A stretch of DNA of 64,000 bases. Origin: Verrucomicrobiota bacterium (lineage in GTDB: Bacteria; Verrucomicrobiota; Lentisphaeria; Lentisphaerales; Lentisphaeraceae). Numbering within the stretch: the stretch's first letter is position 1; every line of letters starts with the position of its first letter. Location: the NCBI GenBank assembly GCA_039798785.1, contig JBDKFG010000005.1:32723-96722 (forward strand), given 5' to 3'. Below, in pieces: positions 38,780 to 48,315 of the stretch. The notes beneath the pieces are model-generated. The model saw only the letters and a list, made by a program, of their open reading frames with translations, had not been told where the DNA came from and did not search any database. Both the position numbers and the translations under genes were made by a program.

Positions 38780-40756
38780 TCACTCCGCCGCCAGGCTCCG
38801 GCGCTCCGCCACCACCGGGCAGAAGGCCGCGCAGGCAAAGGGGTCACGCAGACAGCGGAGCTCGCCCCTCTCTTCCTCGCCCAGCAGCGCCCGCCGCGCC
38901 GCGTCGTCGCGCAAGCGCTCGATCCGGAAGATCCCGCCGGCACGCCCGAGGATCTCGAAGGCGAGGCGCCCCATCGTCAGTCGCGGATTGATCTCGCACA
39001 AGACCCGCAAACGCAAAGCGCCGTCGCTCTGGCGATAGAGGAAGGCGTCGACCCCGAGCGGCCCGCAAAAGCCGAGACGATCAAGCTGCGGCGACAGGCA
39101 AGTGGCGAGAGCTTTGAAGGCCAAGGGCAGCAGCGCTTCGCCGCGGGGATTGAGGAAGCGCTTGGCCTCGTCGGGAAGCTCGCGCAGAAGATCGCCGCAA
39201 AGCGTGCCGCGATATTGACCGCGCAAATCGGCGAGCTGACGGGTCAGCCCGATCAGGCGCAGGCGTCCGGGCTCAGCGTCGAATTGGGCCGAGAAGTCGG
39301 CGAGGCGGGGCAGCCAGGGCTCCAGCACCAGGCCGCCTTGCTCCTTCAGGACGCGGCGGATCCAGCCGGAGTCGGCGGGGCGCAGCGGCCCGGGGTCGAG
39401 GCGGATCTGGCCGGCCCCGGCATTGCCGAAGGGCGATTTCAGGACGATGCGATCGACTTGGTGCGCCCGGCGCAAATCGGCCAGCGCAGGCTCGAGCTCG
39501 TCGTCGCGACGGACGATCCGGCGCAGGGAAGCCTCGTCGGCGAGGCCGGGAATTTCTGCGAGAGGCGCAAGATCGAGCTGCTCGGGGCGCAGCTTCGAAA
39601 ACAGCGGCGCCCAGGCAGGGTTCCACAAGGGCTGATGAAGGCGGGGATTCTGCGCTGCCCGCAAAGGCTCGAGCGTCGCTTCGGCGGCGGGGCTGAAGGA
39701 CCAGGGACGCAGACGCCCGAGCTTGCGCCGGAGCAGGCCGGGCCAGGCGCTTTCCTCGACGAATTCCGGCACTTCCAAGCCGGCGGCCGCCAGGCGCTCG
39801 CGGTCGTTCAGCGAGGGAAGACGCGGCACCAAGAGGATGTCTTCGCGATGGGCGACCGCAGCCAGCAGAGGCGCGAGGTCGCCCCGGAGATCGGCGGCGG
39901 GACCACTGACCGGAGGCGCCCCGGCGAGCTCGAGTTCGGCCTGGGGATTGAAATAGAAGACCTCCGGAGTCCGGCCGCGCGAACCACCGGCAAGGCGCAA
40001 CCCGGAGATGTAGGCCTCGTCCAGCCCGGCGAGACGGCGTCCTTCGAAGTCGAAATCCTGGTCGCCGCGGGCCCGGGCCAAGCTCAAGGGCGGGCTCAAG
40101 AGGGCGGCGTGCTCGGCCAGCAGATCGGCGCCGGGCGGCAGCTCGCGCTTCAACCAGGCGAGGCCGAGGCGGACATGGCGGATCTCGTCTTGACGCACCC
40201 GCTCCAGCAGGCTCGCCGAGGCGAGGTCTCCGGCTGCCCGCGCCTGACGGGCGAGCCCGAGGGAGAAGTCGAGGTTGGCCTGCTCCAGGGTCAAACCCAT
40301 GCCGGCGGCGAAGGCGCGCGGCGACGGGCATTGCCGCAGGGCGTCCCAGAAGAAGCGCGACAAGGGCGCGCCCTGGGGGGCGCCGCCGAGCTCGTCGATG
40401 CGTTGCAGGTAGAGGCGGCAGTGCTCCTGCTCTTCGCGCAAGGTGAGCAGGAGCGAGCGCCGGAACATCCGCGGCGCCTGCGGGAAGCGCAAAAGCGCCA
40501 GGGCCATCAGCTCGATCGCCAGGAGCTCGTGGTTGGCGAGGGTGAGCAGCAGCGACGCCGCCTGCTCCGGCTCAGCAAAACCGAGCTTGACCGGCTTCTC
40601 CGAATGACGCGAAAAACTCCAGGCCTCTTCCCGCTGCGGCAACTCAAAATCGTAGCCCCCCAAGACAGCATCATCCTCCAAACTCTCCGGAAAGAAGAGC
40701 TTGTCCTGTAATCGCGGCGAACGCAAGAGATTCTGGCAGAAGTCGGAGAGGCGCAT
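38780..40756 (-). CDS. Ferritin-like DUF455 domain fused to an ATP-grasp-like domain
   Basis: ANHELLAIE, EEQEH, EQANLD, DEIRHV diiron pattern; C-terminal VLKSPFGNAGAGQ, LEPW, GVDAF, EINPR. Confidence 0.82.
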   Translation of the reverse strand: MRLSDFCQNLLRSPRLQDKLFFPESLEDDAVLGGYDFELPQREEAWSFSRHSEKPVKLGFAEPEQAASLLLTLANHELLAIELMALALLRFPQAPRMFRRSLLLTLREEQEHCRLYLQRIDELGGAPQGAPLSRFFWDALRQCPSPRAFAAGMGLTLEQANLDFSLGLARQARAAGDLASASLLERVRQDEIRHVRLGLAWLKRELPPGADLLAEHAALLSPPLSLARARGDQDFDFEGRRLAGLDEAYISGLRLAGGSRGRTPEVFYFNPQAELELAGAPPVSGPAADLRGDLAPLLAAVAHREDILLVPRLPSLNDRERLAAAGLEVPEFVEESAWPGLLRRKLGRLRPWSFSPAAEATLEPLRAAQNPRLHQPLWNPAWAPLFSKLRPEQLDLAPLAEIPGLADEASLRRIVRRDDELEPALADLRRAHQVDRIVLKSPFGNAGAGQIRLDPGPLRPADSGWIRRVLKEQGGLVLEPWLPRLADFSAQFDAEPGRLRLIGLTRQLADLRGQYRGTLCGDLLRELPDEAKRFLNPRGEALLPLAFKALATCLSPQLDRLGFCGPLGVDAFLYRQSDGALRLRVLCEINPRLTMGRLAFEILGRAGGIFRIERLRDDAARRALLGEEERGELRCLRDPFACAAFCPVVAERRSLAAE

Positions 40757-40757
40757 G

Positions 40758-40811
40758 AGTTTAAGCAGTTTAAGCAGTTTAAGAAGTTTAAGATGTTCAA
40801 GAGAATGAAGG
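40758..40811. repeat. 9-bp tandem array AGTTTAAG(C/A) x~6
   Basis: agtttaagc agtttaagc agtttaaga agtttaaga tgttcaaga gaatgaagg; fills the queG-DUF455 gap and contains the queG stop. Confidence 0.9.
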
Positions 40812-41963
40812 GGCTTGAGGAGGGGAATTGAGAGCCAACCGGGAGATCCGGATTTGTTCCTTGATGAGCTCCGATCCGCCAGGGCAATTTGCGACTTCAT
40901 CAAGCAGGGCGAGGGCTTCGGGACTGTTTTGATTGGCGAGGACGGCGACGGCGTTGCGGCGGAGGCGGGTGGGGCCGCAGCGTTCGAGGGCGGTGCCGGC
41001 GATGGCCCGCTTCAGCTCGCCGGAGGAACAGGTGAGGAGCCAGCGCAGGCCGACGCGGATCGCGCCGCCCTCCGGCTCGGTCGGAGGGCAGGCTTCGCTG
41101 CAATGATCGCAGCCGAAGATCCAATCGCCGATGAGGCTTTGTTCGGCCGGATCCAAGGCGCCCTTTTTCTCGATCGTCAGGTAGCTGATGCAGAGGCGGG
41201 AATCAAAAGGCTGGCCGGGCTTGAGCGCCCCGGTGGGGCAGGCCGGCAGGCAGTCCTGGCAGTGCAGACAGGGGAAACGCGGCTTCGCCTCGAGGATCCG
41301 CTCGGGCAAGGGCAGACTGGTGAACAGGACCCCGAGGAAGGCCCGGACGTCGTGCTCGCGAGTGCGCACCAGATCGTTCGGACCGAGAACCCCGAGGCCG
41401 CCGCGCAAGGCGAGAAAACGTTCGAAGACCGGGCGCGAATCGACGCAGGGCCAGAATTGCCCTTCGCCGCGAGCGGCTTGCAGGCGGGCGGCGAGGCCCT
41501 TGAGGATGATGTCTCCGGTGTGGTGATAATCGGGGCCGCGGGCGTAGGCCGAGACCAGGCCGATCGGCTCGCCCGGCTGCGGCGCAGGAAAGGGATTGCG
41601 TCCGCCTGCGGCCCGTCCCCAGCCGTTGAGGAAGCTGATGACGAGGGCGGAGCGCGCCCCGGGAAAGTGCTCCCAGGGTGCGGCCTTGGCGGGGAGGTGG
41701 CGCCGCAGGTAATCCATCTCGGCCCCGAGCCCGGCGTCGAGCCAGCGCTCGACTCCGGCGGCGTGCCCGGCGAGCGCCTGGCGCAGCTCCGGCTCCTCGA
41801 GATCGAGACAGCAGACCTCGAGCGCCCCGCATTCGAGAGCGGCGCGGCGCAGCCAGAGTCCAAACTCGGCAGGGTCTTCAAAAGAGGAATTCAGGGCCAG
41901 GCTCCTTCGCCCGTCGCGGGCTCCATACTGTAGCCCGCAGGAGGGGAAGACAAGCAGGCTCAA
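40797..41963 (-). CDS. queG: Epoxyqueuosine reductase (start uncertain)
   Basis: MDYL, YARGPDYH, VDSRPVFER, CLHCQDCLPACPTGA, CISYLTIE, FGCDHCSEACP. Confidence 0.9.
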   Translation of the reverse strand: MSLLVFPSCGLQYGARDGRRSLALNSSFEDPAEFGLWLRRAALECGALEVCCLDLEEPELRQALAGHAAGVERWLDAGLGAEMDYLRRHLPAKAAPWEHFPGARSALVISFLNGWGRAAGGRNPFPAPQPGEPIGLVSAYARGPDYHHTGDIILKGLAARLQAARGEGQFWPCVDSRPVFERFLALRGGLGVLGPNDLVRTREHDVRAFLGVLFTSLPLPERILEAKPRFPCLHCQDCLPACPTGALKPGQPFDSRLCISYLTIEKKGALDPAEQSLIGDWIFGCDHCSEACPPTEPEGGAIRVGLRWLLTCSSGELKRAIAGTALERCGPTRLRRNAVAVLANQNSPEALALLDEVANCPGGSELIKEQIRISRLALNSPPQAPSFS

Positions 41964-41970
41964 AGTCCGA

Positions 41971-43140
41971 TCAAAGCTCGATCCTGCTTTCCAGGATATT
42001 CTTGATTAACTCCTCTCCTTCGTTTTCCCATTGCCGCAGCAAGGCCTGCAGATCTTGCAGGCGCTGCTTGAGCAAGGCTTGCTCAGGATTGACCTTGAGC
42101 TTCGCCTCCAAGTCGGCGATGGCCTTCTTCAAATTCTCTTCCAACGTGTTTTTCATGACAAAGGCGGACAGGACTTCGACCTTGCGCGACTCGGCCAACA
42201 AAACCGCATCCTTTTTCTGCCGAAACAAAAAGTCTTCTCTAGCCTTTTTCATCTTCTCCTGGAGCGGGACATTGCGCGACAGCGACGTCGAAGCCGGCAG
42301 AGGAGCCAAGCAGCTCCAAGCCCTCGCCCGTGTCTGCGGATCCTTGTCGGCGAGAAGTCCCACCTGACGCTCTAAACACCCCGCAGCCCAGACGGAATTC
42401 GCGAGCGGATCCTCACATCTCCGCCGCAACAATTGCGTCAGCATCAGGGGCAAGGGATCTTCTTGGGCAAACGCAGGAGTGAGCATCGTCACCAGGACAT
42501 GCTCCGGCTTACTCTCGGGAAGCCCCTCGTCGCCAATCAGATTTTTGAGAATGTCTTCCACTGCGGCATGGGAAGTCAGGGAGACATGAATCCATTGCTT
42601 CAGATCCTTGCAGACCCAAGCGAAATCGGCGCTCGGATCGAAAAAATCCCGGCGCTCTTCTTGGAGGTAGGCACCGACGAGACGAGTCCAAAATGGAGAC
42701 TTCACCTGATCCAGATCTTCGCCGCCGCGCTCCTTCGTCGCGGAGATCAGAATGCCGCTGCGGTCTGCCAGGCGATATCGCCGCGACAATTCGGCGGCGA
42801 TGAGGTTCGGCATCTCCTTCTTCTGGGTCAGGCCGGTCTTCATGTAGACGACGAGCATTTCCTGGGTGCGGGCAAAAGCCTGGATCTGCTCCCAGTGCGG
42901 CGTCGTTTCGTTAGGATCCTCGACCAGCAGCAGCCCGTGCAGGCGGCGATCCGAAAAATAACCCTTGGGCAGCCAGACACGGTATTCGAGCTGAATCCCT
43001 TGGACCGGGACTTTCTGCGGTGTCAGCTTCTCTTCCCCAAGCGCCGCCGGAGCGCTCGCCTTGTACGCCTCGGGTGCCGCGGACAAGCTCAAGGCACCGG
43101 ACGCCAAAAAGCCACAAACAATCCAGAGTTTCATCGCCAT
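41971..43140 (-). CDS. Secreted hypothetical protein (degenerate alpha/beta-hydrolase-like N-terminal part)
   Basis: Signal peptide MKLWIVCGFLASGALSLSA; YRVWLPKGY. Confidence 0.6.
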   Translation of the reverse strand: MAMKLWIVCGFLASGALSLSAAPEAYKASAPAALGEEKLTPQKVPVQGIQLEYRVWLPKGYFSDRRLHGLLLVEDPNETTPHWEQIQAFARTQEMLVVYMKTGLTQKKEMPNLIAAELSRRYRLADRSGILISATKERGGEDLDQVKSPFWTRLVGAYLQEERRDFFDPSADFAWVCKDLKQWIHVSLTSHAAVEDILKNLIGDEGLPESKPEHVLVTMLTPAFAQEDPLPLMLTQLLRRRCEDPLANSVWAAGCLERQVGLLADKDPQTRARAWSCLAPLPASTSLSRNVPLQEKMKKAREDFLFRQKKDAVLLAESRKVEVLSAFVMKNTLEENLKKAIADLEAKLKVNPEQALLKQRLQDLQALLRQWENEGEELIKNILESRIEL

Positions 43141-43317
43141 CTCCTTTGGATGATTGTTCCAAGCTACGACCCTTGCATCCGGATTGCAAGGATTCCCCGA
43201 CACCGCATCGCCACTCGACTTCCCAATATCATAGGAGCTCATGAGCTCAGGAAACTGGAACCTTTTCCTGAAGCCGCCATCGAAGCGAACTCGATGCACT
43301 CAACCAGGAAATCTTCT

Positions 43318-44733
43318 ATGCGCCTGCTAAGCCTGCTCATCCCCATGCTTCTTTTCTTCTCCTGCCAATCACATCACTCGCCTACCCCTCGCCCGCCCAA
43401 CATCGTCCTGATCTTCTGCGACGATCTCGGCTACGCGGACGTTCCGGGCTTCGGCCCCGGACCGGCCTGCCCGATGCCCAATCTCGACCGCCTCGCCAAA
43501 CAGGGTCAGAGCCTCACCAACTTCCACGTCGCCCAAGCCGTCTGCTCGGCCTCGCGCTGCGCTCTGATGACCGGCTGCTTCCCCAATCGCCTCGGGATCA
43601 GCGGCGCCCTCGGACCGAAGTCGAAAACCGGCCTCAATCCCGACGAGGAAATCCTGCCGGAATGTCTCAAGCCGGCCGGCTACCACTCGGCGATTTTCGG
43701 CAAATGGCACCTCGGCGACGCTCCCGCCTTCCTCCCCTGCGCCCAAGGATTCGAGCGCTGGACCGGCATCCCCTACTCCAACGACATGTCGCCTTACCGC
43801 TACGGCGAGACCAGCAATTCTGGCCACCCCCCGCTCTATCTCTTCGAAGACGACAAGCCGCTCCGCGAGCTGGCCTCCATCCAGGATCAGGAAGCCCTCA
43901 CCGGACTCCTGACCCAAAGAACCTGCGAATTCATCCGCACACACAAAAGCGAACCCTTCTTCGTCTACCTCCCCCACCCCATGCCTCACACCCCGATCGT
44001 CGCCTCAAAACCCTTCCAAGGCCTGGGACCCAAGGCGATCGACGACACCCTGCGCGAGATCGACGCCTCCGTCGGATCGATCCTGGACACCCTCGAAGAG
44101 CTCAAGCTCGCGGACAACACCATTGTCATCTTCACCTCCGACAACGGCCCCTGGCGCAACTTCGGCGAATGGGCCGGCTCCTGCGCCCCCTTGCGCGAAG
44201 GCAAAGGCACCAGCTTCGAAGGCGGCGTGCGCGTCCCTTGCCTGATCAAATGGCCCGGCGTCACCCGGCCGGGCAGCCGCAACGACAAGCTGGCGGCGAC
44301 CATCGACCTCCTCCCCAGCCTGGTCCAGGCCGCCGGCGGCCGCCTCCCCGAAAAGACCATCGACGGTCAGGATATCCGCGCTCTGCTCGCCGATCCCAGC
44401 CTGCCCTCGCCCCACGCCAGCTATCCCGTCTACTACCGGAAAAACCACCTCGAGGCAATCACCGACGGCCGCTTCAAGCTGGTCTTCCCCCATGTCTCCC
44501 GGAGCTATCAAGGCGTCGCCCCGGGCCGCAACAACCAGCCGGGAAAATACGCCGAGGTGAACCAGCCCCTGGCCCTCTACGATCTGGCCGAAGACATCGG
44601 CGAGACGCGCGACGTGCAGGATCGTCACCCCGAGGTGATGGCTCGCCTGCAGCAGGCGGCGGCGGAATGGCGACGCCGCCTCGGCGACAAGGGCAAGCCC
44701 GGCAGTGAAAACCGAGCCCCCGGGAAGCTCTGA
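43318..44733 (+). CDS. Formylglycine-dependent sulfatase (S1), probable lipoprotein
   Basis: PNIVLIFCDDLGY, CSASR, GKWHLG, FTSDNG; FFSC lipobox-like. Confidence 0.93.
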   Translation: MRLLSLLIPMLLFFSCQSHHSPTPRPPNIVLIFCDDLGYADVPGFGPGPACPMPNLDRLAKQGQSLTNFHVAQAVCSASRCALMTGCFPNRLGISGALGPKSKTGLNPDEEILPECLKPAGYHSAIFGKWHLGDAPAFLPCAQGFERWTGIPYSNDMSPYRYGETSNSGHPPLYLFEDDKPLRELASIQDQEALTGLLTQRTCEFIRTHKSEPFFVYLPHPMPHTPIVASKPFQGLGPKAIDDTLREIDASVGSILDTLEELKLADNTIVIFTSDNGPWRNFGEWAGSCAPLREGKGTSFEGGVRVPCLIKWPGVTRPGSRNDKLAATIDLLPSLVQAAGGRLPEKTIDGQDIRALLADPSLPSPHASYPVYYRKNHLEAITDGRFKLVFPHVSRSYQGVAPGRNNQPGKYAEVNQPLALYDLAEDIGETRDVQDRHPEVMARLQQAAAEWRRRLGDKGKPGSENRAPGKL

Positions 44734-44825
44734 GCAGACTCGAGCAAGATCAAGAGGGCGCGGAAAATCCCTGGCCAATGCTCCGGACACCGCTAAGTTC
44801 GCCGCATCAACCTAAGGATACCCCG

Positions 44826-45908
44826 ATGCTCGCCCTCACCCGACTCGAACACAAGCTGCGCCCCGCCATGGCCCGCCTCCTCAGCGCCAAGGCCTTCTCC
44901 GACCTCTACTCCCGCAGCCGCAAAGGCTACCTCGAAAAACTTTCCCGCTCCCTGCCCGAGCCCGTCGACGGCCATACCCACCCGGTCGAAGTCATGGGCC
45001 TGAAGTTCCGCAACGACCTCGGCAACGCCGCCGGACTCGACAAGGACGGCGCCCTCCTCGAACTCAACTGGCGCCTCGGCGCCGGCTTCGCCGTCGTCGG
45101 CACCGTCCTCGATGCGCCCCACACCGGCAACCTGGTCCGCTCCTTCGGCAAAGAGGTCAACCCCTGGACCCCCCTGCCCTTCTCCGGCTCCGCCCTCAAC
45201 TCCCTCGGCCTGCCCTCCCTCGGCCTCGAACCGGCCCTCGACAACATCAAGGCCTTCCGCCAACGTGTCGACGCCAAGGACTTCCCCATCGGCGTCTCGA
45301 TCATGGGCCACCCCGCCCAGGAAGGCCAGAAGAAGACCGACGGCATCCTCCGCTGCGTCGAAAAATCCCTCGCCGTCGCCGACTTCATCGAAATCAACGA
45401 GTCCTGCCCCAACGTCAAGCACAACTCGGGCGAGGGCCTCGCGTCCCGTCTCGAAGCAGTCGCCCGCCTGAAAAAAGGCAGCGACAAGCCGATCCTGGTC
45501 AAGCTCGGCTCGATGGCCGACGCCGAGGTCACGGTGCAGATGATCGCCGCCGCCGGACTCGACGGCCTCATCCTGGTCAACACCCAGCGCGACTACGCCG
45601 CCCTCGAAGCCAAGCTCGACCCGCGCGACCTCAAGCTCTTCCGCTGGTACACCTCGCAGCGCCAGGGCGGCCTCTCCGGCGCCGCCATCCGCGACATCAG
45701 CTTCGAGGCGATCAGCCGCGCCCGAGCCGCCGCCGATAAGCTCGGTGATAAGAAATTCACCCTCATCCATGTCGGCGGCATCATGAACCGCGACGACGTC
45801 GCACGCTCGCGCCAGATCGCTCCGCTGCGCGAATGGTACACCGGCCTGATGGACGCCCTCGGCGCCCATCCCGCCCGCTCGGTCTACCCCTCGATGACCA
45901 AGGACTGA
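44826..45908 (+). CDS. pyrD: Dihydroorotate dehydrogenase
   Basis: GNAAGLDKDG, EINESCPN, LVKL, NT, GGLSG, VGGI. Confidence 0.8.
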   Translation: MLALTRLEHKLRPAMARLLSAKAFSDLYSRSRKGYLEKLSRSLPEPVDGHTHPVEVMGLKFRNDLGNAAGLDKDGALLELNWRLGAGFAVVGTVLDAPHTGNLVRSFGKEVNPWTPLPFSGSALNSLGLPSLGLEPALDNIKAFRQRVDAKDFPIGVSIMGHPAQEGQKKTDGILRCVEKSLAVADFIEINESCPNVKHNSGEGLASRLEAVARLKKGSDKPILVKLGSMADAEVTVQMIAAAGLDGLILVNTQRDYAALEAKLDPRDLKLFRWYTSQRQGGLSGAAIRDISFEAISRARAAADKLGDKKFTLIHVGGIMNRDDVARSRQIAPLREWYTGLMDALGAHPARSVYPSMTKD

Positions 45909-46008
45909 GTCCAGATCTGCGACGCGGACGCCGATGGCTCCCTCGGGGATTCTTGCATTTGCCCCCAACTTGTCGTAGTGTGGCTGCAAATGACAAGGGA
46001 TCCCCCTC

Positions 46009-46755
46009 GTGAACCCGATCAACAGTGCAGAATCCCCTCCCCCCAGCGGCATGAGCTGGACTCGTGCCGCCAAAATCCTTGGCGCTCTCGCGCTCTTCGT
46101 TGCCTTCATGGATGCGGTCTTGTTCATGGGGATGTTGACCACTTGGCTCATCGGCGTTCCGGGCCGCTTGATCTTCGGCTTCATCCCCTTCCTCAATGAC
46201 CGTTTGTCCCGCCTGGATTGGCAGCCCGACGCCCTGCTTTCCGGCCTCCTCTGGTTCGGCTTCGCCACGCTGATGCTCCACCTCGTCCAACACGCGCTGC
46301 TGCGCCGCTTCCGCCCCGAAATCCAGGCGAAAAAACGACGCAGCCTCGCCGCCCTTTTGGCCCTCACCGCCATCCTCCTCGCCACCGGCGCCGGCACCTT
46401 CTGCCTCGCCACCGCGCCAAAGACGGAGTGGGGAGTTAAGGAAAGCCGATTCCCGGCGGCGAGGCTCAAAAACGCCCTCAAACAAGCCGGCTTGTATTAC
46501 CATTCTTCGATGGCCGATGGCAGCGCCAGCGAACTCCACCTCGGCGATCCTCGCCAGACCCAGATGCTGGCGGTCTTTGAAGAGTCCTGCTCCCTGCCCT
46601 GCGAAGTCCGCTGGATCGCCGATGATCAGGGCCGCATCCTCTTCATGGCGGCGCGTCTGCACGAGATCAGCAAGTACCGCCCCTACCAGGTCCTTTTCCC
46701 TGACGCCCATGTCGAGTCGATGGATCGCTGGCCGGTGCCGGGAGATCTGAAATGA
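46009..46755 (+). CDS. Membrane protein (paralog cluster member 1)
   Basis: LIFGFIPFL...H.....R pattern, about 4 TMs. Confidence 0.65.
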   Translation: MNPINSAESPPPSGMSWTRAAKILGALALFVAFMDAVLFMGMLTTWLIGVPGRLIFGFIPFLNDRLSRLDWQPDALLSGLLWFGFATLMLHLVQHALLRRFRPEIQAKKRRSLAALLALTAILLATGAGTFCLATAPKTEWGVKESRFPAARLKNALKQAGLYYHSSMADGSASELHLGDPRQTQMLAVFEESCSLPCEVRWIADDQGRILFMAARLHEISKYRPYQVLFPDAHVESMDRWPVPGDLK

Positions 46756-47441
46756 ACGGCTATGTCAAGGCCGCGGGCGGCTGTCTACTTCTCGGCGGAA
46801 TCCTCTTTATCCTCTTCATCGATTTGATGCTGGGCGCCAATCTGATCCAATGGCTTTTCCATCTCGGCTTCGGCTTCATCGCCTATGCTGGCCGCGTCTC
46901 GCCTTCGGCTCGGGAGCTCGGGCTGCTGCTGGCTGCTTGCGTAGCGGCGGGCCTGCTCATCCACTTCCTCCTGCCGCGGCTATTGCGGCAGCGGCAAAAC
47001 CAGCTCGCCTGGACAAGCGCCCGCAGCCTGCGTCTGCTCCTGGTGCTTTGCGGCCTCCTCCTCGCTGCCGGCGGCGGCGCCTTCGCCCTCAAGAACCTGC
47101 CGCCAAAAGGAGATCTGCTCGTCCGCGTCTCTCTACTCAAGGACGACAATTACTGGTATGAAGCTGCCGTCATGCTGGAAGAAACTCGCAAGCTCCGGCC
47201 ACTCCCTGCTGACGGATTGAAGCCCGGGGACCCCCTGATTCAAGAGATTTTGACTCGCCTCAACGATCGCGGACTCCAGGAGGTTTTCGAGTTTCGTTTG
47301 CGCCTGGCTCCTTCTGGACGGGTCAGCGCCATTCTACTCCGCATCCCCGACAAACCGATCGCCGGCGTCTGGGAGCTCTCCCTTGTCAGCGGCGAGATGA
47401 GGCGCGATAAAACCCTCGTCTGGCCGGGGGCGCCGCGATGA
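46752..47441 (+). CDS. Membrane protein (paralog cluster member 2)
   Basis: HLGFGFIAYAGRV...HFLL...WTSARSL; ATGA coupling. Confidence 0.65.
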   Translation: MNGYVKAAGGCLLLGGILFILFIDLMLGANLIQWLFHLGFGFIAYAGRVSPSARELGLLLAACVAAGLLIHFLLPRLLRQRQNQLAWTSARSLRLLLVLCGLLLAAGGGAFALKNLPPKGDLLVRVSLLKDDNYWYEAAVMLEETRKLRPLPADGLKPGDPLIQEILTRLNDRGLQEVFEFRLRLAPSGRVSAILLRIPDKPIAGVWELSLVSGEMRRDKTLVWPGAPR

Positions 47442-47451
47442 ACGCTCATTC

Positions 47452-47531
47452 AAAGGAGGACAGGCGTCCCGCCTGTCGCTTTCACGGGCGGGACGCCCGC
47501 GCTCCTTTCTCAAGCTGGAAGCTTGAGCCAC
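47452..47531. repeat. Inverted GGAG-REP doublet plus GTGG-type REP
   Basis: aaaggagg-acaggcg-tcc-cgcctgt ... cgggcg-gga-cgcccg-cgctccttt; ctcaagct-gga-agcttgag-ccac. Confidence 0.85.
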
Positions 47532-47598
47532 GACTTTGCCCGCTAGCCACCCTGCTCAATCCTCTCACACCCTAAGCCACAAACCCAACGAGTTCTCC

Positions 47599-48315
47599 AT
47601 GCGCCCAATCCGCCTCGCCCCCGTGCTCTTCCTCCTGCCCCTCAGCGCCTGGGCCGGAATGCCTACCTTCTATGTCTCCGACATGGCCAAGACCCGCCTC
47701 GAATCGATCTCCTTCGGACTGGTCGTCTTCATCGTCGGCACCGAGCTTTTCCGCCGCCTCTGGAACTCCCAGGTGGTGCCGATGTTCGGCGACAAGTTCC
47801 GCCTCGGCTGGAAGGCCGGATTCCTCTTCACCGGCCTGCTCTCGGCCTTGATGCTGCTGATCCTCACCCTGATCTCCGGCACCCGCGAAGTGATGACTCC
47901 CGCCGCTTGGGAAAAAGACGGCATGACCCACAAGATCAAAACCGAGCTGAACCCCCGCAGCCGCATCGAGGGCCTGCGCGACGACCTCCTCCGCCTCGGC
48001 GTCGCCAACGGCGGCAAACTGCCCGACAACGAGCTCAAATTGCCCCGTCCCGAGCTGCTCCGGGCCGGCCCGGAAAACCGCGCCTTCACCTACCTCCCCG
48101 GCCAAAGTCTCGGCGACAAGAACAGCCTCCTCGTCCTCGAAGGCATGCGCCACGGCCAGACCCGCCTGCTGCTCTTCGCCAACGGCGACATCGTCGAAAG
48201 CGGCGAGCTGCTGCGCAAGATTCTCGAAGACCGCGGCGCCAAGAGCGGCAGCGACGCCGCCTCCCTCAGCCCGATTGTCGATGCCGCAAAGCTCAGCCCC
48301 GCCGCCTTACCGTGA
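47599..48315 (+). CDS. Membrane protein with LTLISGTREVMTPAAW motif (cluster member 3)
   Basis: Signal peptide, 2 TMs, C-terminal RLLLFANG. Confidence 0.7.
   Translation: MRPIRLAPVLFLLPLSAWAGMPTFYVSDMAKTRLESISFGLVVFIVGTELFRRLWNSQVVPMFGDKFRLGWKAGFLFTGLLSALMLLILTLISGTREVMTPAAWEKDGMTHKIKTELNPRSRIEGLRDDLLRLGVANGGKLPDNELKLPRPELLRAGPENRAFTYLPGQSLGDKNSLLVLEGMRHGQTRLLLFANGDIVESGELLRKILEDRGAKSGSDAASLSPIVDAAKLSPAALP

Noticed and set aside
40757..40903. LKLLKLLKL peptide repeat at the start of the 707-aa ORF
   Set aside because: Translation of the 9-bp intergenic array and the queG overlap; the gene more plausibly starts at ATG 40756
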